Part shown: piece by piece, positions 50,201 to 59,676 of the stretch
Position numbering within the stretch: position 1 is the first letter of the stretch
How the letters are laid out: each line of letters opens with the position of its first letter
From: Oikopleura dioica
Taxonomy: Eukaryota > Animalia > Chordata
DNA: 64,000 nucleotides
Direction: 5' to 3'
Assembly: GCA_907165135.1 (NCBI GenBank)
Contig: OU015567.1
Coordinates: 868,001-932,000 of the forward strand
Notes under the pieces: model-generated
Seen by the model: only the letters and a program-made list of their open reading frames with translations
Databases searched by the model: none
Told to the model about the DNA's origin: nothing
Translations under genes and position numbers: made by a program

Positions 50201-50951
50201 CAACCTGAGCTATATTTTGAGTCGTTAAAAATTTTTGATACTTAAGGTTATCCTAGAAATATCGATGTTTGAAACTTGAACGTATTGTTGCGACACCCTT
50301 AAGAAGTGCACAAGCGTGCTTTTACTTCTGGTGCCCTAGACCAACTATCGGGCTACACAATCATCTCGAAATCACTTTTTGAAAAAGTTATTCCCACATT
50401 ACGGAGGGGTCCTTAATGATAAAAATCGAGCAAAAGAGTTAAAGCATTTACCGCAAATTTTTCAACTATTGAGCCCTTCATCTTGGTGTTCCGTATCAAA
50501 GACTCCGAATGTTAAAATATTAATAAAATAAATTTAACAAACTATGAATAGAGATAATTACCTCCAAAAAGCATAATTTCAATCATCACTGATACAAACC
50601 AGATCAATTGTTTCATCATTTTAAGAAGAAAAATCTCCTTTCTCGTGTAATAAAAAAGGAAATCTCAATAATTCTATCCGTTTTTAATAAGCATTCAGCG
50701 TCGTTTAGGAAAGAAAGTCTGAATCAGAAGAGTCGGATTTTACGATTTTTTGATAACGACCATGAGAAATATCGCCCTGTTTATTATCAAAAAATGAGCA
50801 AGAATGTTTTAGCAACCGAAGTGATTTATAACAATTCAAAATATGAATAAACTCGGAGGCGCTATACATGAGAGTCATGATCATGCGAAATAATAAGATA
50901 TATAAAGAAGAACTCAAACCAAATTTTGCTAACATCTTTCTTAATCAAAAG

Positions 50952-52344
50952 ATGTCCGACTCAAATCGAGATGTTGCGAACGCTTATAGAAATATCCTCA
51001 GAAATATCGGAGAAAATCCAGATCGAGAAGGATTGGTAAAAACACCAGCAAGAGCCGCAAAAGCGATGGAATTTTTCACCAAGGGGTACAAAGAAGACAT
51101 AAACGATATTTTGAATGAGGCGATTTTCACGGAAAAAAGTGAAGAAATGGTGATCGTCCGGGGGGAACGCTACTCTAAATTACCAATTGGTAATGCATCG
51201 CCAATTTGGATAATTCATTACCAATTTTAGGTAATGCATTACCAAACTTTTCGAAAATGGCCAATTTTGTCAAGTCAAAGAGCCAGTTCGCGCTCCGCGC
51301 CTGTTCGAAAGAATACTTTTGAGATTTATTTACAGTTTGTTTCCATTTTTCCGGAGTCCATTTTCCGGACACTTTTCCGATTATAAAGCATTTAAGTGGG
51401 GCACTGCAGAATTGACCTTGGTTCAATTTTCCGGACATTTTTCAAATTATATTTACAGACCATCATTTTTCTAATAAAAAATGATCACTTGACGGTTCAA
51501 TGTACTTCTTTTTGGGCACTTAGTGAGCAAATTTGCGAGGTTTTTAGCTAGAAGTTTACTTCGCGGTAAATCGACTTCTTGACTGAGAAGTGTCCGTTTC
51601 TCGAAAAAATTTAAGTATACTTGGTGGGACATGCATTTTTATTCAGGGTACCCAATTTTCCGGACATTTTTTGGAAATCTGGGGACAAAGCTAGTCCGGA
51701 AAAATGGAATCATACTGTACGTATTTTTAAGCAAAAAAATTGAAATTATTGAAAAAAAATTGGTACCAATTTTTGGTAATGCAGTACCGAAAATCTTTGG
51801 TAATTTAGACGAGCGCCCCCGTCGTCCGGGACATTCGACTCTACAGTCTATGTGAACATCATCTTGTTCCGTTTTACGGAAAGGCGTATGTAGGGTACAT
51901 TCCGAATGGAAAGATTATTGGTCTGAGGTTAGCCATTTATATGTATGTATTCTCATTTTTGTCATTTAAGCAAAATTGCAAGAATCGTTGACCATTTCGC
52001 GCGAAGACTCCAAGTCCAGGAGCGGCTAACTCGTCAGATAGCCGAGACTTTGGAGAAACAACTTTCTGCTACTGGTGTTGCAGTTATGATCGAGTGCGAG
52101 TAAATATCGAATATGAGTTTTAACAGCGAGTTAAACCGCGTTCGAAATTGATTTTGAAGCATGCGTTTTGCAAAATTTCTTTTATTGCGGACATCTTTTA
52201 ACCGATATTATAAGGCATATGTGTATGACAATGCGCGGCGTCGAAAAAGAGGGCTCGAAGACAGCGACATCCTGTATGCTTGGCTGCATAAAAGAAGATC
52301 AGAAATTACGCCAAGAATTTCTCTCGCTGGTGAAAAATAGATAG
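50952..52344 (+). CDS. GCH1: GTP cyclohydrolase I, copy 3
   Basis: Exons near-identical to copies 1 and 2. Confidence 0.9.
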
Positions 52345-53257
52345 ATACTGTCTTTTATTGACACGATTAATTTTAACAATAAAGGGACACTTAAAATATT
52401 CTTTTGAAATTTGATCATCGTTGTTCAATGTTTTCAAGAAAATAACAGAAATTTATAATTTATTTTTTCTTGAAATTTTAAGCTAGGGTAAATCCCTTAT
52501 AATTGAGCAATTTTTAACCAGAGGGCAATCCTAAGAGTGTGGGTCTTTATCTTGAATTTGCTCTTAACTTTTGCACGCAACAGTGTTGGTTTTCTGAAAA
52601 TTTAGACAGGGCATTGAAAATTCCAATTGACTCTGCCATTGCAAACAATTTTCGAATGGTACCACGGCCCAATAACTCGTTGTAACGAAAAATTTATTGT
52701 AAAAACGTATAATTTGTCGCAGTTCTTTTCTTTTTGAGCTTAAATCAGGTCAGTAAATCATACAAAACAAAGTTTTTCAATCTCCATGGATACCTAATGA
52801 AGTAATTATGATATTCCTTAGGTTTAAATACGATTGGTTAGGAAAAAGATAAGTGTTAGGGATTAGGGTTAGGCAAAAGAGCTTTCTGATCCAAGCCCTT
52901 TCTGTCCAAAGCCGCCCTTGGTAAGACCTTCGGGGAGGTTGCGGGGGCTTGGTACCGTTAAGGCTGCTTCAATGACTTATTTTTTGTATCAGCAAATTAG
53001 CCTGAACATTACGGTTTGGTTTACTACTTGATCAAAGTTTTTCACCTTGACAAATAATTCGTTTTTTAACCTTACGACCACAAATACCAACGATGCTACA
53101 AGCTCAACAAGGGCTAAGCATGATTAATACGATGAATTTGATGATGGGTCAAACTCAACAGAATCAGCAAAATTTGCTGTTGTAAATAGGTCAGATCCAC
53201 TTTATTTCTTCAGATTTTTGGAAATTAATAAAAATTTCGTTCATTTTTCAAGGGAAA

Positions 53258-54605
53258 TTAAGCATCGATGAGCATTTTTCCATTTGGCTGAGATCTTCCA
53301 AGGGCGATGAAGCAAAGAGAAAGGACTGATTCAGCGCCATCTCTGGCAGTTTTAGGCTAAATTTTATGTTTTCCTTGAAATACTCCTTTCTCACCTTTTT
53401 GCCAGGAACTCCAGCAGTCATATTAGTATCGCAGAATCCAGGGCAAGCGGAATTTATCAGAATATTCTTTCTCTCAGAAACCGACTTTTTGCCGTAGAGC
53501 CGGGGTTTGCCAAAATGGAAGAGCGCGGAAAGAATATGCACTCGGACGCCCCGTGTTTTTCCCGCCGCAGAAGAGGGTGCTCTAAACTTTTGGGGCGCAA
53601 AAAATTTGAGGGTTCGCGCGGCGTAAGCGAAGTATTCGAGCTCTCGCACGTAAAGCCCTCTTTCAATTCATCCCCGGCGATTGAGCAAATAAAAGGACTT
53701 TTTGACACGGATTAGAGCTGAAATCAAGGCAGGGTACGAAGGGTAAAAAGGCCCGAAGAAAGTTTTCTTCCCCCTTTTTTACGAATTTGCCGCATTTTTT
53801 CCCCGCGGAGAAGAAAGCGGGCGCCCGAGCGCAAATTCTTTCCGCGCTCTTCCCCTTTTACGAACCCCTGCCGTAGAGCCGAACGAGATTGTTAACGAGT
53901 AGCTTCGACATGTCGTAACCTTAAAATATAACTGTATTTTCAACAAGTATTTCTTTAAAAACCGATCATCGACGTTTGTTCTGGACTTGGCCAACCATCA
54001 GTTTGAGCCTGAGATGGGTTTTTCTGATCTTCGATGAATCTTCTGGCAATAGTATCTAACTCGTCGAAAGTTGTTTTCGCGAGTGAACTTCTAAAGAAAA
54101 ATAAATGGATAAGGTGATCAAAAACTTACGAAGATAGCTTTTGCCCATAATCAAAGACGTAATTTTCCTCAAAGATGTTCGGATTCGGGTTCAAATTGAG
54201 CATTCCTCGCAGTCCGAAAAAGCTGGAAAGGCAGACAATTCGAGCTCCCTCGCGAGCAAGAGGAAACAGTGATTTTAGAGCAGAAGAAATTCCAAAATAA
54301 TTGACATCGATGGTCAATTTGATACTCTCAAATGATTTGTCATTTATTTCTGGCGCAACACCTGCGTTCAAAACCAAAATATCAAAAGAAGACGGTCCCA
54401 TCTTCTCTGCAAAATTCAGCACACTTTCTTCGTTGCTTATGTCTAGCTTTTCGACCTGCAATTTACCGCAATTCTCTATTTCCGGGAATCCTTCCGGGTT
54501 TCTCGCTGTCGCCACAATTTTTTTAACATCTTTCTCTCCAATTAAAAGTTTGACGCATTCAAGTCCGATTCCACGATTTCCGCCGACGACGATTGCAGTT
54601 TTCAT
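53258..54605 (-). CDS. CBR1: CBR1-like SDR, second full-length copy
   Basis: All exons present, same motifs as 12629-13975. Confidence 0.82.
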
Positions 54606-55249
54606 TTCTTTGTATTTTTTACTTTTGGCTATTGAAAAAGCTCAAAATCGATGGGCGAAATGAGAGAAATATAAAAATAAAATCGACGTTTGCCGTGCAT
54701 CGAAGCTGGTTTACGTAATCATCAACATAAAATAATCGTTAAAAAGTTGATTTCATCAAGAACAAATTTACTCGACGAGAGTTGAACAGTCGGGAAAATA
54801 GTTGATATAAGTTGTGGCTTGGAGTTTTTTGAAAAGCAGAATCGTTAAAAGCTCGAAACGCATCTTTTTGTTTTATGTTTAATATATAGTTTAATAGTTT
54901 TATGATTCTTAAAGCAGTGTTATTATGATTTTTATCAAAAAGGGTTAGAGAAACACAGATTTTCGACTTTTCGATAACCAAAATCGTTTTTTGCTGATTT
55001 CTGAGGCAAAAAAATATGAAAAATGGACAAGAAAATTGTGGCTCTAGAAAATTTTTTTAGGAACGGTTCCTAATTTTCCATTTTCTTATGTAAAATATGT
55101 CCTTGTTCTATGTAAAATGAGTCCGTTTTACTTGATAATACCCGGTCCGATCACATGCACTCACGGGCAAGGGGCGAGCATGGGAGGGGAGGGCGGGCGA
55201 AATCACGCACTAATCTTGCGGAAAGGTTTTTTCTCTCGAAACATATATA

Positions 55250-55637
55250 CAGTTTTTTTCCTCTTTTGTGGACCCCAAGTTTGTGGACATTTGAAGGGGG
55301 TTCCGTGGGACACTATTGCAAAGATAATGTTCCAATTTTGTGGACATTTTCCCTGATAAGAAAATTTTAGAGCCAAAAATGGCATATTTTTTTCAAAAAT
55401 CAAGGGTTATTTTCAAGAAATGAAGGACTAAAGCATTTAAATTTGTCGAAAAAAGATAAACACAAGCAAGAGAAAGGCGTTTCGAGGATGAAATTCGCCA
55501 TTTTTCCATAAAAACTTATATTTGAAAAATTTAAATATACTACGGCGGGACATTTTTTTGGGAACCCTTGCCCACTTTTGTGGACATTTTTCCTAAAATT
55601 TGGGACAAAAAATGTCCACAAAAGAGGAAAATAACTG
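55250..55637. mobile_element. Tc1/mariner-type MITE (TA TSD)
   Basis: TA|CAGTTTTTTTCCTCTTTTGTGGAC ... GTCCACAAAAGAGGAAAATAACTG|TA; empty site ACATATATAGATT at about 8768, 30560, 42846. Confidence 0.85.
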
Positions 55638-55650
55638 TAGATTATTTTTA

Positions 55651-56004
55651 CTAACCAAAACTTGTTATCGAGCCATATATTATTCTTGTCCAAAACATCC
55701 CAATTCTTTTCAAAATAAGTCCAACAAAAAGTACTCCAATCGTCATCGAAATGATTGCGACAGTGAACATAGTGTTGTAAAATTTCAGCGCTTCATTGCA
55801 GAGAGACTTGTTGGGACTCCAAATATCGTCCGTTCTATTTGAACATATTGTCGAGTAAAAAATTCCCTGTGATTTAAGCTCATCTTCAATAAATGAAAAT
55901 CCAAAAATAACACCTAAAAAAAATTTTAAATTTTTATTTAACTTCCCGATAAACAGGCGCCCGACGAAGCGCTCAAAAACAGGGTTGGGAGAGAGGGCAA
56001 CCAT
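55651..56004 (-). pseudogene. SLC43: SLC43 exons 1-2 only
   Basis: ORF nearly identical to 8787-9143; downstream exons absent. Confidence 0.7.
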
Positions 56005-56298
56005 GCGTTTTCAGCCCCGCGCGCAGTGCGAGTTAAAGCTTAAAAGGCTTTAAGCTCTTACTTGCATAAGTTATAAAGTCTTAACGGTTATGCTGCATTT
56101 ATAATTTGTTAGGGCTTTCAAATTGAAAAGCAAATTTCCAATTTGAATTGGAAATGGATTGGTAGTTGGCTGGATTGGAAAAATGCGATTGGATTGGATT
56201 GTCAGTTGGTTCGATTGACCAAAAATTTTTTTCCAATTGTGCAACCATGATCCTTATTTTTACGAGCAATTATTCAGCTCCTAATTGATAAAAAAAAT

Positions 56299-56539
56299 TG
56301 TACTAGTGGTTTTTCTCGTCAAACTGCAGTATCGGTGCCGGAAATCAAGGAAGACAAAACAACTGTATATATATCTCGGATTGGTATTTTATTTGAGCCT
56401 GTGGCTCAGGGACTCAGTGAGTGAAGAGTGAGAGCATGCAGCAAGGGGAAGGGTAGAAACGGTCTTATCGGTAAAGGTAGGCGAGCGCTCGCAGACAGAG
56501 ATAGCTGCAATAGCTGACTGATGAGAACTAACCCTTACA
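56299..56539 (-). repeat. 3' LTR (241 bp)
   Basis: In element orientation begins TGTAAGGG and ends ACTAGTACA; contains AATAAA; directly preceded by the PPT. Confidence 0.85.
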
Positions 56540-56806
56540 AATCCCTCCCCTTCTTAAAAAGGAAATCAGAGTACAGTAAAATAGAACTAAGAAAGAATAA
56601 TGCCAAGCCATGCGATAACGAGTCCACTGAAAATAACCATTTCGACTGTCAATTCCAAGGATAAACCAAGCCGCGAGCAAAATGATCGACAAATGATTCC
56701 AACCATATGTGAACGTTGTAACCATGTAAAGCAGGGACCTTTCCATATAAGTCAAGTCCAACAAGCGAGCGAAAGATAAAGAAAATGAAACCCTAATCAT
56801 GACCAT
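56528..56806 (-). CDS. ORF5, small hydrophobic protein (92 aa from the TAATG start; 109 aa from 56857)
   Basis: Two hydrophobic segments (LSIILLAAWFILGI; YSFLVLFYCTLISFL); ATG overlaps the ORF4 stop; stop lies just inside the LTR. Confidence 0.5.
   Translation of the reverse strand: MVMIRVSFSLSFARLLDLTYMERSLLYMVTTFTYGWNHLSIILLAAWFILGIDSRNGYFQWTRYRMAWHYSFLVLFYCTLISFLRRGGICKG
56540..56555 (-). other. Polypurine tract
   Basis: AAGAAGGGGAGGGATT immediately 5' of the LTR TG. Confidence 0.85.
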
Positions 56807-57669
56807 TAGTATCTTCCCCGCCATGGTCGGCCTGTTTCGGGATAAGTTCGAGTCCAACGACCCCTCCCTCTGTTTTGGTTTCGACCGAAACTTTGGCCTC
56901 GATTGCCCGGATGCCGATGTCTCCCTCCCCGGGAACGACGATCATTGTACTCCCTTGAATCATTTGGGGGAGGCAAAGCCCTTTCTTGCCTCCTTGGTCC
57001 AGCGTCAATTTTGGCCCCGATCACGAGCTCTTCAAAACCCCGTTGTCCCCGGTCACTAGACCAAATTGCCTCGAATGAATTTTGTTGCTCATAACCCTCC
57101 ATGTCACTACTTATCATGACAAAATGGATTGGAGTGGATTCTCGAAACTGAAGTTTCATGAATAGGCCTGTTCTTTCGCTGTCTCCCGCAAGCGGAAATC
57201 TGCCAACAATCGTCAATAAACCCCGCGGCCGATTGTTTCCACTCGGTCGCCTTATTGTGGTGGCTCGTCCGGTGAGCTCTTGATAGCCAATGAGGCTCAT
57301 TTCCCCATAAATCCCCATCCATGAGCCCACTACTATGGTTTCGTTGTAGCTGAGTGGCCATTTCGGAATTAAGGCCATGATATCATTCATCTGTTGAGCT
57401 AAGGTAACGGCACTTGACTCTCGCACATCATAAACATTATCGCTAAACATCAGTACCGATCCAGGTTCGGTTTGTGTGGCCTGGTCATTCATAACGATTT
57501 TCGATTCGGGCATCTGCGTGGCAATTGTGTGAAGGCCCGTTTGGTCCATTTCAAGTTCCAATTCTAGCACTCTATCGACGTTTTGTGGTTCCTCAATCAT
57601 AATTGCTGAAAACATCTTTTTAAAAAAAATCATAGATTGCTGTATAAAAAGAAGAATAGAAAGCCCCAT
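56806..57669 (-). CDS. ORF4, accessory protein of unknown function (~287 aa from first ATG)
   Basis: Long open frame between env and LTR; acidic N-terminal half, beta-rich core, Arg/Gly-rich C-terminal tail. Confidence 0.75.
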   Translation of the reverse strand: MGLSILLFIQQSMIFFKKMFSAIMIEEPQNVDRVLELELEMDQTGLHTIATQMPESKIVMNDQATQTEPGSVLMFSDNVYDVRESSAVTLAQQMNDIMALIPKWPLSYNETIVVGSWMGIYGEMSLIGYQELTGRATTIRRPSGNNRPRGLLTIVGRFPLAGDSERTGLFMKLQFRESTPIHFVMISSDMEGYEQQNSFEAIWSSDRGQRGFEELVIGAKIDAGPRRQERALPPPNDSREYNDRRSRGGRHRHPGNRGQSFGRNQNRGRGRWTRTYPETGRPWRGRY

Positions 57670-57826
57670 TTTTCGAGAGAGTGCGATAAAGAGATGAATA
57701 TGTGAAAATGAAAAAAAAAATACCCTCAAAATTGAATCAGAAAAATATCATTGAAAATTTTAAGGACATCCCCATAAAATCACAAAAATCCTTGTGACTG
57801 ATGACAAATATAGATTTAAAAATATT

Positions 57827-59626
57827 TTATTTTCTAATTGATGGATTTCGAGTAAAATTCGCGTCCGACTCGGTGATTATTTCCCCAGAAGCGACGTCAG
57901 GCTGACTTCTCTCAGACATCTCGATTTCTTCGGATCCGATCTGATTCTTAAACTTCACACAATTTTGATTTTTGCGACAAAAACATTTAAAACAACATTT
58001 TCTCAAGATCTTGCGCCCCTTTTTCGTAAAGAACAATATCCGAATGAATAATATTATAACTATAAGTATGAGCACAATATACACGCTTATTTTAAAAGTT
58101 TCCTCAAAGTCATCGGACATAAACGCATTGTACCATTTCGCTTTTATGCTTTCATTTTCCCTCTGATCAAAATTATTACTAATTTCTTTCAAATTCTTAT
58201 CGATATCGGACATTTTCACTTCTTGAAAATCATCATTTTTCCACTGAATTCTTGTAAAATTATTCGAAAAATCAAAATTGTCGCTAATGGAAAGAGTAAT
58301 GTTTTCGCCATTGACAATTGGAGCGTCAGAAAAAATAGTATGTCGACATTCAATCGCAGTTGTTTCGCCCCCAATGACGATTAATGAAACATTTTTTGCC
58401 TCGATAAATTTCCCCTTCGCCTTTTGCGTTGGATATTTCTTAAATGATTTTTTAGATAGCTTTGGTTTTGAAAAATGGCTCACAATGACAGTATTACTCT
58501 TCATATTACGATTAAACACGCAATCCATATCCGATTTGATGATTGAATGCCTGCAAAAACCCTCAAGATTCTCTCCGAAAAGAAATGCCATTGGACAATG
58601 ATCCATGAGATTATCATAAATCACTTTATTATTGCAAAATCGAGTTCCATCTTCCCTCTTTGCAGAATTTTGCAGATCCAAAACTTGATTAGAATGAGAT
58701 AGAATCCCTATTTCTTTTGGAATTTCATAATGATCAAAACGATAAGATCCGTCAACGTAATCCCTCGGAATTGGGACGGAAGTAACTTCATATGTCTCGG
58801 AAATTTCTTCTAAAGATGGAATTTCGTAGTTAATATAATATCTTGTTCCCAAAAGGCCGTCTGAATTCTTGACGATTTTTTTACTTTGAAGGGAAAATCC
58901 AGAATAAGAAAAATATTTACTACAACCCTCTTGGAACTGATCTCCGTTATTCTCAGTGCAAATTTTTATGATCATGTCCGTAACTCTTGAATCCGGAGCT
59001 TTAAGAATGAGTTTTGTTTCGAGAATTTCAAGTTGACCCAAATAGCTAGTAACCACATTAAAAAGCACTTGATTAAGCCTGAACTCCTGGAACTCCCTCA
59101 TTGTGATGCAAATTCCTTCCTTAAGCAGATTGAATTCACCTTGGTCCCTTTCCAATACTACAGAGATTTGATCAACAACATCAGTCAACCTCCTTGAATC
59201 GAGCTCATCAGCTCTCAACAGTTCCCTCGTTTTTTGAATTTCCTGCTCGAGAAAATTTTCCCGAACGTTACTTTGCAAATAATTAAAAGTGCTTATCCCA
59301 AAAAGAACTGAACTCTGGAGAGAACGGCGATTTCTATTTTTGGAACCAAACATTTCCCATTTTCCCAAGAGCATTTTATTGATCAATTCTGTATTTTCTG
59401 TGGAGTTCATAGTTTCAATTATATTTCCAATGCATTCAATATGTTGATGTTCCGATTTTTCGAATATCTCGGTGTCCGGATAGAATTCAATGCTCAGTAC
59501 GCCAGTTCCTTGACCAGTTACGAGGTAACCTTTACCGGTATTTGTGAGATATGCCCCTTTCTCCATAACGGACCCCGATAAAACTGCAATCGCCAAAAAT
59601 ATGAATCCATAATGCGGTTTTCTCAT
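57827..59626 (-). CDS. env: Envelope glycoprotein (class I fusion protein-like)
   Basis: Signal peptide, RNRR|SLQSSVLFGIS furin site and fusion peptide, heptad region, Cys-rich ectodomain, TM ISVYIVLILIVIILFIRILFF, cytoplasmic CCFKCFC. Confidence 0.88.
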   Translation of the reverse strand: MRKPHYGFIFLAIAVLSGSVMEKGAYLTNTGKGYLVTGQGTGVLSIEFYPDTEIFEKSEHQHIECIGNIIETMNSTENTELINKMLLGKWEMFGSKNRNRRSLQSSVLFGISTFNYLQSNVRENFLEQEIQKTRELLRADELDSRRLTDVVDQISVVLERDQGEFNLLKEGICITMREFQEFRLNQVLFNVVTSYLGQLEILETKLILKAPDSRVTDMIIKICTENNGDQFQEGCSKYFSYSGFSLQSKKIVKNSDGLLGTRYYINYEIPSLEEISETYEVTSVPIPRDYVDGSYRFDHYEIPKEIGILSHSNQVLDLQNSAKREDGTRFCNNKVIYDNLMDHCPMAFLFGENLEGFCRHSIIKSDMDCVFNRNMKSNTVIVSHFSKPKLSKKSFKKYPTQKAKGKFIEAKNVSLIVIGGETTAIECRHTIFSDAPIVNGENITLSISDNFDFSNNFTRIQWKNDDFQEVKMSDIDKNLKEISNNFDQRENESIKAKWYNAFMSDDFEETFKISVYIVLILIVIILFIRILFFTKKGRKILRKCCFKCFCRKNQNCVKFKNQIGSEEIEMSERSQPDVASGEIITESDANFTRNPSIRK

Positions 59627-59676
59627 TTTTTACCCCTTCGAAGATTATAGCCAGTCGGGAATTCGTACTCAGGAAT

